From Prochlorococcus marinus subsp. pastoris str. CCMP1986 (GTDB lineage: Bacteria; Cyanobacteriota; Cyanobacteriia; PCC-6307; Cyanobiaceae), in NCBI RefSeq assembly GCF_000011465.1, contig NC_005072.1, positions 1,110,001-1,142,000 on the forward strand: a stretch of DNA of 32,000 bases. Reading direction: 5' to 3'. The notes beneath the pieces were generated by a model that did no database searches, was not told the DNA's origin, and worked only from the letters and a program-made list of their open reading frames with translations. A program made the position numbers and the translations under genes. Each line of letters opens with the position of its first letter. Positions within the stretch are counted from its first letter, which is position 1. Below, one piece after another: positions 6,122-14,369 of this stretch.

Positions 6122-7144
6122 TTAATTCCAACCTACTTCTTTCATTATTTCTATTGCCTTACTATTGAATTTCCCAAGTTCTTTTATAGTCACATTATCT
6201 GGAGTGAAATCTCCAAATTTACTAACAATTCTATTTTGGCTTGATTCCTTCAAGGGGTGCTCATAAGTTTTATTAGCTAAACCTTGACTACCTTCACTAG
6301 AAGCTAAATATTCAAGTAGTTTAATAGCCTCAGTCTTGTTTTCTGCATATTTATATACGCCCCCAGCAGTGATATTTACATGAGCAGGATTTGGTATTAT
6401 TAATTTTATTTTTTCTGCTAAAGAGGCATCTCTTGGACCTTTAACGCCATCAAGCATCCTTGCGACATAATAATGATTAACGATTCCAATACCGCACGTT
6501 CCCAGCCCTACAGCTCTTATTAATGAAGAATCTCCAGAAAAATAGGGAGTGGAGACATTTGATATCAAACCCTTAAGCCAAATTTTTGTTTGACCAACAC
6601 CTTTCTTTGCTATTTGATTAGAAACCAAAGATTGATTATAAGGACTTTTTCTATTTCTTAGACATACTTTTCCTTTAAAAGAAGGATTGGTTAGATCCTC
6701 AAAATTTTTGATTTTTGTAATATCCACAATATCCGGATTTGAGATGATTACCCTTAATCTCCTAGTAAGGCCAAACCATTTATTTCTAGGATCTCTCAAA
6801 TTGTTTGGAACGCTATTTTCTAGAAAATTTGAATTAATTTTTTGAAATAAATTTGCCTTTGATGCATTTTCAATTATTGCTGCATCAACAAGAATTACTA
6901 AATCAGCCTGAGAATTTTTACCCTCTCTTTTTAAGCGCTCAATTATAGCTTTTCCATCTGTTTCTATATATCTAACTTTGATGCCAGTTTGTTCTTGAAA
7001 TTTTTGATAAACCTCTTTATCTGTATTGTAATGCCTTCCTGAATAGACCTTCACTTCTTTTTCAGTCGAATTAACAGGTATATTTGTATTAAACAAGAAA
7101 GTAAGAGTTAAAGCTGAATAAAAAAGTCTTTTTAGTTTTTGCAC
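6122..7144 (-). CDS. idiA: Periplasmic Fe(III)-binding protein of an ABC transporter (IdiA/FutA/AfuA family)
   Basis: 340 aa. Signal peptide, then KVYSGRHYNTDKEVYQKFQEQTGIKVRY..., typical of FutA/IdiA iron-binding proteins. Confidence 0.88.
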   Translation of the reverse strand: MQKLKRLFYSALTLTFLFNTNIPVNSTEKEVKVYSGRHYNTDKEVYQKFQEQTGIKVRYIETDGKAIIERLKREGKNSQADLVILVDAAIIENASKANLFQKINSNFLENSVPNNLRDPRNKWFGLTRRLRVIISNPDIVDITKIKNFEDLTNPSFKGKVCLRNRKSPYNQSLVSNQIAKKGVGQTKIWLKGLISNVSTPYFSGDSSLIRAVGLGTCGIGIVNHYYVARMLDGVKGPRDASLAEKIKLIIPNPAHVNITAGGVYKYAENKTEAIKLLEYLASSEGSQGLANKTYEHPLKESSQNRIVSKFGDFTPDNVTIKELGKFNSKAIEIMKEVGWN

Positions 7145-7158
7145 TTTTATAAAATAGT

Positions 7159-7189
7159 ATCTATGGTTACTTTATATAAAACCATAGAT
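7159..7189. promoter_or_regulatory. Perfect 10-bp inverted repeat 15 nt upstream of the idiA start codon
   Basis: ATCTATGGTT (7159-7168) and AACCATAGAT (7180-7189) are separated by 11 nt. The site lies between the glyQ stop (7277) and the idiA start (7144), both on the - strand. Confidence 0.5.
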
Positions 7190-7276
7190 CAAGAATCCTA
7201 AAAGAAATTTCCTACACATAACCTTGTATCAATTAATACATAATTACTCATTTTTTTTAAATTAATCTCTAAATTT

Positions 7277-8146
7277 TTATTTTTTCACTAATGGGAAATT
7301 CATCAACTCCCTCTCTTTTATCCATGAAGTGGCAACTTCTCTAGCAAGTTTCCTAATTTTTTCTATATATTGAGCTCGATCTGTCACCGAGATCACGCCT
7401 CTAGCATCCAACAAATTAAAGCAATGACTGCATTTTAAAACAAAATCTAGAGCTGGATAAGTAAGATCTTTTTCAATTAAAGAGTTAGCTTCTTCTTGAT
7501 AGATGGCAAATAATTTTCGCATGTTTTCAGGATTTGAATTACTAAAATTAAAAGAACATTGGTTTTTTTCGAATTGAAGCCAAATATCACTGTAATTAAT
7601 ATCTTTATTCCAATTTAAATCCCAAATGCTTTCTTTATCTTGCAAAAACATTGCAATTCTCTCTAATCCATAAGTTATTTCGATAGGTATTGGATTGCAA
7701 TCTATTCCTCCACATTGTTGAAAATAAGTAAATTGTGTAACTTCCATTCCATCTAACCAAACTTCCCAGCCTACTCCCCAGGCTCCTAGGGTAGGAGACT
7801 CCCAATTGTCCTCTACAAACCTTATATCATGATCTTTGGGATTTATCCCTAAGAATTCAAGAGAAGTTAGATATTTTTCTTGTATTTCATCTGGTGATGG
7901 TTTAATAATTACTTGGTATTGAAAATAATGTTGAGCCCTATTTGGATTATCTCCAAATCTTCCATCAGTAGGTCTTCTGCATGGTTCAGCATAAGCAACA
8001 CTCCATGGTTCTGGTCCGATAGCCCTAAGGAAAGTATGTGGATTCATAGTTCCAGCACCTTTTTCTGTGTCATAAGGTTGCATAATCAAACAACCTTCTT
8101 CAGACCAAAATTTATTTAAGTTTTGAATTATATCCTGAAAATACAT
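7277..8146 (-). CDS. glyQ: Glycyl-tRNA synthetase alpha subunit
   Basis: 289 aa. [19 protein letters not shown]...[26 protein letters not shown] is a near-canonical GlyQ sequence. Confidence 0.95.
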   Translation of the reverse strand: MYFQDIIQNLNKFWSEEGCLIMQPYDTEKGAGTMNPHTFLRAIGPEPWSVAYAEPCRRPTDGRFGDNPNRAQHYFQYQVIIKPSPDEIQEKYLTSLEFLGINPKDHDIRFVEDNWESPTLGAWGVGWEVWLDGMEVTQFTYFQQCGGIDCNPIPIEITYGLERIAMFLQDKESIWDLNWNKDINYSDIWLQFEKNQCSFNFSNSNPENMRKLFAIYQEEANSLIEKDLTYPALDFVLKCSHCFNLLDARGVISVTDRAQYIEKIRKLAREVATSWIKERELMNFPLVKK

Positions 8147-8242
8147 CGAATTAAAATTTTTAAAAATTTAGAGCGGCACCAATGAACATAATAACAAAGT
8201 TGTAAGAAAAGAAATATTTTTGACAATGGTACAAATGAGATT

Positions 8243-8632
8243 TTAAATACAGAAAAAATCTAATGGCAATGGCCCAAAAGTATTAGATTCTTCTGCATCT
8301 TCATCAAATTGGCAAGTTATTAAAATTCCTTCTCCCAGACCATTTTCAGATCTAACAAAAACATTACCAGTTTTTTGGTTACCTTTTAAAAAAACACTTC
8401 CATCAGCATGAAGGGAATCTAAATTACCAAATTTTATTGAGGAATATTTATTAGAAATTGATTGCAATGCTTCAATAGCTTTAGTATCAGAAGGTGCCAT
8501 TATCCCTATTGTTATCCAATCGGCATTAAAAATATTAGTTTCTAGTTCTCCTAATAGTTTTTTTACTTGACTGCTGCTTAATTGCGGAGCAGTTCTAAGA
8601 CTGTTTAAATCAACTAATTTATTTATTTCCAT
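8243..8632 (-). CDS. Conserved-looking hypothetical protein (129 aa)
   Basis: Clean ORF co-directional with and 26 nt downstream of the MIF-like gene. No family recognised with confidence. Confidence 0.6.
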   Translation of the reverse strand: MEINKLVDLNSLRTAPQLSSSQVKKLLGELETNIFNADWITIGIMAPSDTKAIEALQSISNKYSSIKFGNLDSLHADGSVFLKGNQKTGNVFVRSENGLGEGILITCQFDEDAEESNTFGPLPLDFFCI

Positions 8633-8658
8633 TTAATTAATACCTAAAATAATAATTA

Positions 8659-8991
8659 TTAAGCAAAGGTTCTTCCATTCCACCCCCACATCTCAGCAGG
8701 AACGTCTTCAAAACAAATATAAATTTTATCTAAAGGGACTCCAATCTTTTCATAAATAAAATTACATATAGGTTTTGCCATCTCTGAGGGACTTAGGGAA
8801 CCTATTGACTTTATTTCTAAATAGCAGCAAAGGCTTTCATCATCGAAATACATTTCGCAATTATCATCTAATTTAGCCATAACAAATCTTTTTGATTTAT
8901 TTGTCAAAGACGAAACTAATATTGAGATTTCTTCAAGTAATTTTTTCTTGTCCTCAATTTTTGCTGAAGTAGAAACATTAATATAAGGCAT
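8659..8991 (-). CDS. MIF / tautomerase-superfamily protein (macrophage migration inhibitory factor homologue)
   Basis: 110 aa. Catalytic-type Pro right after the initiator Met (MPYINVST...). The C-terminus EMWGWNGRTFA parallels the MIF ending VGWNNSTFA. Confidence 0.8.
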   Translation of the reverse strand: MPYINVSTSAKIEDKKKLLEEISILVSSLTNKSKRFVMAKLDDNCEMYFDDESLCCYLEIKSIGSLSPSEMAKPICNFIYEKIGVPLDKIYICFEDVPAEMWGWNGRTFA

Positions 8992-8993
8992 AT

Positions 8994-9164
8994 TTATGCA
9001 GCTAAATTATCTTTTTGAAAATCATTTTGCAGATTAAAAGATTTATTTTTTAAAACTTTTTTTGATGAAAGATATGCCATATCGTATTGACTAATTCCGT
9101 TTTTATATGGATTGAAAAGAGCACTTTTAGATCTACTTTTTTTACTCTTTTTAAATAAAATCAT
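8994..9164 (-). CDS. Unlisted 56-aa basic ORF immediately upstream of the MIF-like gene
   Basis: Hand translation of the - strand gives MILFKKSKKSRSKSALFNPYKNGISQYDMAYLSSKKVLKNKSFNLQNDFQKDNLAA*. ATG at 9162-9164 and TAA at 8994-8996, only 2 nt before the MIF start. It falls below the 60-aa cut-off of the ORF track. Confidence 0.3.
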   Translation of the reverse strand: MILFKKSKKSRSKSALFNPYKNGISQYDMAYLSSKKVLKNKSFNLQNDFQKDNLAA

Positions 9165-9309
9165 TTTAATTAAATTGATATTTAATAATTTAACTTTTTT
9201 TGAATAGATGTCTAGCTTTTTTAAAAATCTTTAATTAACTAAATGCTAAATATATTTTAAATCACAATATGAATATCTATTTACTAAATTTATAGTACCT
9301 CTCAAAATA

Positions 9310-9954
9310 ATGGTCTTGGAAGTTTTAAATAATTATCAAAGAAAAAAACTTGATGAGAGCAATGATGAAGAATTTTATTCTGACCCAAAATTTGTTTATC
9401 ATTTAGATGCAAACTTCAGGCAATATTTATCCAATGTTTATAAAAATGAAATTGCAGATGATTCAACTGTCCTTGATTTAATGTCCAGTTGGGATAGTTA
9501 TTTACCAAAAGAGAAAACATATAAAAAAGTTATTGGGCATGGATTAAACAAACAAGAACTCGAAAAAAACAAAATTTTTGATTCTTATTGGAAACAAAAT
9601 TTCAATTTAAATCAAGAGATTCCTCTAGAAAGTGGAACGGTTGATTATTGTTTAATGGTGGCAGCCTGGCAATATTTACAATATCCAGAAAATTTAACCA
9701 AGGAAATCGCAAGAATTTTGAGTAATCAGGGCAAGATTATGATTGCTTTTTCAAATAGAGCATTTTGGCATAAGGCTCCTAATATATGGACTTCATCTAC
9801 TGAAGAAGAGAGAATCAAATATGTAAGAAAAGTATTAATCACAAACGGATTTAATGAACCAAAAATCATTAAAAAGTTTAATGAAACTTCTCTTAATATT
9901 TTTAATTTTTTAAATAAAGATCCTTTTTATTGTTTAATTGCGACTAAGGAATAA
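9310..9954 (+). CDS. Class-I SAM-dependent methyltransferase-like protein
   Basis: 214 aa. A motif-I-like VLDLMSSWDSYLP and a downstream DYCLMVAAWQYLQYPENLTKEIARILSNQGKIMIAF segment resemble the methyltransferase fold. The assignment is tentative. Confidence 0.5.
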   Translation: MVLEVLNNYQRKKLDESNDEEFYSDPKFVYHLDANFRQYLSNVYKNEIADDSTVLDLMSSWDSYLPKEKTYKKVIGHGLNKQELEKNKIFDSYWKQNFNLNQEIPLESGTVDYCLMVAAWQYLQYPENLTKEIARILSNQGKIMIAFSNRAFWHKAPNIWTSSTEEERIKYVRKVLITNGFNEPKIIKKFNETSLNIFNFLNKDPFYCLIATKE

Positions 9955-10063
9955 ATTGTTCCTTTACTGCAGTGGAAGACAAAGGTAATGAAAAGCTAAT
10001 AATTAAAAATCCATAGCCATACTTTTGAATTGTTACTAATATTGGGTAGTTTAAAAATTTTCA

Positions 10064-10309
10064 ATGGGATCTAAAAGAGAAAAATATCCTGAAAAATGTC
10101 CATGGGATCTAGGTCCTAATCAAGATTTAGCAAAAGAAGAAAATTGGACACTAAGATTAGGGGAGGCAAATGTATGTTTTAGCAAAAACAAATTAGATGC
10201 TAATTACTTTCATGTAATTAGTAATGAAAATGAAGAGCAAATTCTTGCTTTCAGAGCTAGGCTTCTTTATCAGAAATTACTTGATAAAGGATTTAGATTA
10301 GTAGAGTAA
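10064..10309 (+). CDS. Hypothetical 81-aa protein
   Basis: ATG-initiated ORF in its own intergenic slot. No family recognised. Confidence 0.45.
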   Translation: MGSKREKYPEKCPWDLGPNQDLAKEENWTLRLGEANVCFSKNKLDANYFHVISNENEEQILAFRARLLYQKLLDKGFRLVE

Positions 10310-10320
10310 AAAGTGAGCCA

Positions 10321-10971
10321 CTAGCCCAATAAACTTAGATCCTCAAAAATAAACTCTTGTATATCTTCTTCTTGATTTTTATTTAAGTATTTTATAGATC
10401 TTGAATTAAGTATCCAAATGTCTTGAGAACCAATATTAATAAATCTATCCTCATATTCCAACTTCAAAGAATTAGCTTTAAGAGTATTAGGATCAATTTG
10501 TTGGCTAGTATATTTTTTACTTAGGAATCCATTCCCAGTATCGAAGAATTCTTGAACAAAAATTTCTATGATTATTCCGTGGATTTTTCTATAAACCATA
10601 TTTATACAATTATTTTTGACACGATATTTATCACCCTCACTTTTACCGGAAACCATCATTTCAATTCCACTCTCTGAATCTTTAATTAAATTAAAATTGT
10701 TTTTCGAGTGAATTTCTTTAAATTCTCTTTTTACCCTATGGATAGACACTTCGAATAATTGTGAGGATATACTTTTAACTATTTTTTGATCATCAATATT
10801 GTGGATTTCAGGTTTAAAATCTTTCCCTAAAACAAAACTACCTTTATAGGTATCACTATTCACGGAGAAAATACATTTACCTTTATAACCACTAAATTTA
10901 CTATCCCACGTATATCTTCTTTCATAAGCATTTTTAAAAAGTTCTTTGCAGTTTATTTCTGTTAAATACAT
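10321..10971 (-). CDS. Hypothetical 216-aa protein
   Basis: Clean ORF with ATG start, convergent with the 10064 ORF and downstream of isiB on the same strand. No family recognised. Confidence 0.6.
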   Translation of the reverse strand: MYLTEINCKELFKNAYERRYTWDSKFSGYKGKCIFSVNSDTYKGSFVLGKDFKPEIHNIDDQKIVKSISSQLFEVSIHRVKREFKEIHSKNNFNLIKDSESGIEMMVSGKSEGDKYRVKNNCINMVYRKIHGIIIEIFVQEFFDTGNGFLSKKYTSQQIDPNTLKANSLKLEYEDRFINIGSQDIWILNSRSIKYLNKNQEEDIQEFIFEDLSLLG

Positions 10972-11028
10972 TATTTAATAAGTAATAATAATCATATTAC
11001 AAAGAAAAAAACAAATATCTTAAAAGAT

Positions 11029-11553
11029 TTATCCCAATGAAGGAATTTCGCCCTTTAATTGAGAAGCCCATGTTTCTAGACGAGAGTCTGTTAAATCAGA
11101 TTCACTATCTTCATCAAGTGGTAACCCACAAAAGCTTTCACCCATTACACTCTTTGACTCATCAAACGTATAAGAAGATTTGTTAACATAGCCAACCATT
11201 TCAGCACCTGCTTTTTTGAAATAACTATGTAATTCTTCCATTGCATCGCAATAGTTTTCTGTATAGGTAGATGAATCCCCTAAACCAAAAATGGCTACTT
11301 TTTTTCCTGACAAACTAAGTTCCCCAATATCCTCTAATATTGAGTCCCAAGCAGTTCCAGACCTTTCCTCATCTGCTCCAGTATTCCATGTAGGAATACC
11401 ACAAATTATTCCATCAAGGCCTTCGAATTCCGAAAGATCATCAACATCGGAAACATCCTTAGGTGATTCTGCTGAAGAAATAAAGTTGTGAAGACGATCA
11501 GCTACGTCTTCAGTTTTTCCGGTTGTAGTTGCGTAATAAATTCCTACGGTCAT
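11029..11553 (-). CDS. isiB: Long-chain flavodoxin
   Basis: 174 aa. The FMN-binding N-terminus is VGIYYATTTGKTEDVADRL, with PTWNTG and FGLGDS motifs. Confidence 0.92.
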   Translation of the reverse strand: MTVGIYYATTTGKTEDVADRLHNFISSAESPKDVSDVDDLSEFEGLDGIICGIPTWNTGADEERSGTAWDSILEDIGELSLSGKKVAIFGLGDSSTYTENYCDAMEELHSYFKKAGAEMVGYVNKSSYTFDESKSVMGESFCGLPLDEDSESDLTDSRLETWASQLKGEIPSLG

Positions 11554-11693
11554 AACTTCAAAATGTTTATATTAAAATAATAAAATTAAAATACGATAAA
11601 TTAATTTTTATAAAAACTTTTTCATGTATATTTTTATACAAATTAACGTAAAAAAATCTATCCCTAGCAATTTAACCTGATCAGAATCTAATA

Positions 11694-12428
11694 ATGCTCA
11701 GTAATAATCAAAAAACTAATCTCAATAAGCTGATTGAAGATTTTAATTTTTTAAGTTCAAAAAAATATAAATTAATTGTTTTATTGGGCCTGCTGGGTGA
11801 TTTTGATAGTTTTGAATACGCAATAAATTTGAAAAATTTTATAAACAATACTCAAAATAAAGAAATAGATATTTTTGCAATAGCAATTGGTAACAAAATC
11901 GGTAAAGAAAAATTTTGCAAATTTACAGGATTTCCTAATAAGAATTTAGAAGTAGTTTACGATAATAAAATTCACGAGGACCTTAAGGTTTCAAACGGTA
12001 TTGATATTGGACTGGGAGGTTGGATCAATATGTTACTGATGTTATCAGGAATAAACTCGTTAAAAACGATTAAAGAGGTTATCAGAGGTTATACAGGTGA
12101 TAGGAAATCAAAACAAATTTTCTCTGACGAGGATCAAATAAATTTCTTTAATTTGATAAAATTTTCTGGAATATTCTTCAAATATACTTGTGGTGATGGT
12201 TATTTAAGGCCTTTTGAATTGGCTACTTACAGATTAACTAACATGTTGGAAATTCTTCAAAACTGGAATGACTATATTCTTGATAATAAATATCTTCCTC
12301 AAAGGGGTGCTTCCTTTCTTTTAGATGATAAAGACCAAATTATTTACAACTATTTTTCAAATGATGTGCTTGGGTATTCTTCTAAAATGGAAGATCCCTT
12401 AGCTTTTTTATCTGAGAAATGTAGATAA
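11694..12428 (+). CDS. Thioredoxin-fold, AhpC/TSA(peroxiredoxin)-like protein lacking the redox cysteines
   Basis: 244 aa. KLIVLLGLLGDFDSFEYAINL occupies the position where peroxiredoxin-like proteins carry G-C-x-x-C. The call is tentative and based on motif resemblance only. Confidence 0.4.
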   Translation: MLSNNQKTNLNKLIEDFNFLSSKKYKLIVLLGLLGDFDSFEYAINLKNFINNTQNKEIDIFAIAIGNKIGKEKFCKFTGFPNKNLEVVYDNKIHEDLKVSNGIDIGLGGWINMLLMLSGINSLKTIKEVIRGYTGDRKSKQIFSDEDQINFFNLIKFSGIFFKYTCGDGYLRPFELATYRLTNMLEILQNWNDYILDNKYLPQRGASFLLDDKDQIIYNYFSNDVLGYSSKMEDPLAFLSEKCR

Positions 12429-12700
12429 TGAATTCTTTAAATATTGAGTTTTTCGGATACTTTGCAGCAATCTTAACCACAGTTGCTTTTCTCCCACAGT
12501 TAATTAAAACTTTAAAGACTAAAAAAGCTGAAGACGTCTCTTTGGTTACCTTAATAATGTTTATATGCGGAGTAGGGTCTTGGATTATTTATGGATACAA
12601 AATATCTTCATTACCAATTTTAATGGCGAACATTATCACTTTAATACTTAATTTATTTATTTTAATTTCAAAAATATATTATTCCCGAAATATTAGATAG
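12428..12700 (+). CDS. SemiSWEET / PQ-loop family 3-TM transporter
   Basis: 90 aa with three predicted TM helices and the PQ motif (VAFLPQLIKTLKTKKAEDVS). It closely resembles bacterial SemiSWEETs. The start overlaps the upstream stop (TAATG at 12426-12430). Confidence 0.8.
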   Translation: MNSLNIEFFGYFAAILTTVAFLPQLIKTLKTKKAEDVSLVTLIMFICGVGSWIIYGYKISSLPILMANIITLILNLFILISKIYYSRNIR

Positions 12701-12795
12701 TGATAATTAATTAATCTAAAAGTATTAATTTGCCCTAAAACTGCCCGTAAAACATTTAAATAAAGCCTAATATAAATCAAATAACAAATTAAGTC

Positions 12796-13020
12796 TTGAA
12801 ATCTTCTAAATGCTGGGTTTGGTTTAAAGGAAGCCTTAATGAAGGGGGATATTGGAAAGAGGGTTTTAGTTGCACCTTTGATGAAAAACCTGGAATATTA
12901 ATAGAAAGCCCATCATACGTAACATGTAGAGTCCCAAATTGGCGTGTCCTTACAAAAGAGCCTGAAGATTTAAAAAAGACACCCTTGATTCCAGAAAATG
13001 CAATTTGGAAAATAATTTAA
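12796..13020 (+). CDS. Hypothetical Trp-rich 74-aa protein
   Basis: The ORF opens right after an in-frame TAA at 12790-12792. The only near-canonical start is TTG at 12796, and there is no in-frame ATG. No family recognised. Confidence 0.4.
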   Translation: MKSSKCWVWFKGSLNEGGYWKEGFSCTFDEKPGILIESPSYVTCRVPNWRVLTKEPEDLKKTPLIPENAIWKII

Positions 13021-13128
13021 ATTAAATAAAAAATATATATTCATCACATAACTCCTAAAAAGGTAGGATTATTTTATTAAAAATAAATTAATACTATTTA
13101 CAATCTTTTTATAAATATTATTCCTTTC

Positions 13129-14007
13129 TTGATTTTAGGTTTTTTTATTGGAAAAAGAAAACCTAAACTATCAGCACTTATCGCTTTACCCCTAATTAAG
13201 TATGGTATTCCGTTGAGTGTAATGGGCCTCTTATTAAAAGAAGGAATTGATCTAGATTTAATTAAAACTGCTTTAATTGCTTTTCTATCAATTGGATTTT
13301 TAATAATTCTAATTAATTACTTATCAATATTTAAAACAAGACTACCTAATTACTCTTTACAATTAGCTGGTTTAATAGGTAACACTTCATTTCTAGGGAT
13401 CCCAATTGCATTAGCCCTCCTTCCCACAAGTACTATTAATTTTACGATAGGATTTGATTTAGGAACAACTCTATTTGCTTGGATATTTGGGCCTTTCTTT
13501 CTAAAAAAGAGGATAAACACTAATACAAATCTTAATTTCAATGAACTTTTAAAAGCAATACTAAATAGCCCTGCCTCAAGAGGAATAGTAGGTGTTCTGA
13601 TTGTATATCTTTTAGGATTGGAAAAATTTTTAGGAGATTATTTGTGGATCCCAGCAAGAATAGTAATAGTACTAGCGATAGTTGTTGTTGGAACAAGACT
13701 AGGAATAATCACAAATAGCAAAACTAAATTTTTTAATTTGAATAAAGGGATTAAATATTCAATAATTTTAAAATTATTAATTTTCCCTCTATTTATATTT
13801 GTTTTTAGCAAGATCTTGGGCTTTAACTTAAACGAGACTTCAGCAGTGGTTCTTCAGGCAGGAACACCATCAGCTGTATCAACAATCTTGTTGGCTGAAG
13901 CTTATAAAACAAATCAAAAGATTGCAGCTACAATTCTTTTTACAACAACATTAATTTCAATTATTACGATTCCTGTTCTGGCAAATTTGATAAAAACTTT
14001 TCAATAA
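13129..14007 (+). CDS. Auxin-efflux-carrier (AEC) family permease
   Basis: 292 aa from TTG, multi-TM, with the C-terminal AEC-like motif LQAGTPSAVSTILLAEAY. The open frame extends upstream to 13087 and encodes the rest of TM1 (see finding). Confidence 0.75.
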   Translation: MILGFFIGKRKPKLSALIALPLIKYGIPLSVMGLLLKEGIDLDLIKTALIAFLSIGFLIILINYLSIFKTRLPNYSLQLAGLIGNTSFLGIPIALALLPTSTINFTIGFDLGTTLFAWIFGPFFLKKRINTNTNLNFNELLKAILNSPASRGIVGVLIVYLLGLEKFLGDYLWIPARIVIVLAIVVVGTRLGIITNSKTKFFNLNKGIKYSIILKLLIFPLFIFVFSKILGFNLNETSAVVLQAGTPSAVSTILLAEAYKTNQKIAATILFTTTLISIITIPVLANLIKTFQ

Positions 14008-14069
14008 CCTCAGAAATAACCCTTTAAATAAGTAGATATATTCATTCAATCAACATATTTGCTGATTAT

Positions 14070-14096
14070 TGTAAATAATATATCCGGATATTTACA
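14070..14096. promoter_or_regulatory. Inverted repeat upstream of the RHH-like ORF
   Basis: TGTAAATA (14070-14077) and TATTTACA (14089-14096) flank an inner palindrome ATATCCGGATAT (14080-14091). The repeat ends 22 nt before the ATG at 14118. Confidence 0.35.
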
Positions 14097-14117
14097 TAAT
14101 GTCTTAAGATTTATAGT

Positions 14118-14369
14118 ATGAAGTCAGTAAATCCTAAAAATGAATATATCCCTCTAGATCTTAAAATCTCTGTAAGAAGAGATACTTTACGACTCATTTC
14201 AGAAATGGCTCGTGATATGGGGATTAGTATCAATGAGGTTTTCAGTTTTTTGGCGGAGGATTCTGTCATAGATTTAGAATTATTAGATAATTTAAATAAT
14301 GTCGAAATTCCAAATAAATGTAGTTTGGATGACCTAAAGAATGAAATGCTTAAAAAAAAGCTTTGTTAA
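14118..14369 (+). CDS. Small ribbon-helix-helix-like protein (83 aa)
   Basis: A beta-strand-like ISVRRDTL followed by LRLISEMARDMGISINEVFSFL fits the RHH (CopG/Arc-like) pattern. The stop overlaps the convergent GT39 stop by 4 nt. Confidence 0.4.
   Translation: MKSVNPKNEYIPLDLKISVRRDTLRLISEMARDMGISINEVFSFLAEDSVIDLELLDNLNNVEIPNKCSLDDLKNEMLKKKLC

Noticed and set aside
7226-7239. GTA-N8-TAC (GTATCAATTAATAC), the canonical NtcA-binding consensus, ~90 nt upstream of idiA, with a TAGGAT -10-like box about 25 nt downstream on the - strand.
   Set aside because: By my rough estimate this degenerate motif should occur about ten times by chance in 32 kb of this composition. The spacing to the -10-like element is longer than the usual ~22 nt, and idiA is not an expected nitrogen-regulon gene.
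8220-8248. Near-consensus sigma-70 promoter on the + strand (TTGACA, 17 nt, TTAAAT) pointing antisense into the 129-aa gene at 8243-8632.
   Set aside because: The -10 matches only 4 of 6 positions, and AT-rich hexamers are ubiquitous here. Prochlorococcus promoters generally lack strong -35 boxes. Without TSS data this is indistinguishable from chance.
11595-11613. AT-rich quasi-palindrome GATAAATTAATTTTTATAA upstream of isiB as a possible Fur box.
   Set aside because: The whole 140-nt intergenic region is over 80% A+T, so partial matches to the AT-rich Fur consensus are expected. The palindrome is imperfect, and no second copy was found upstream of idiA.
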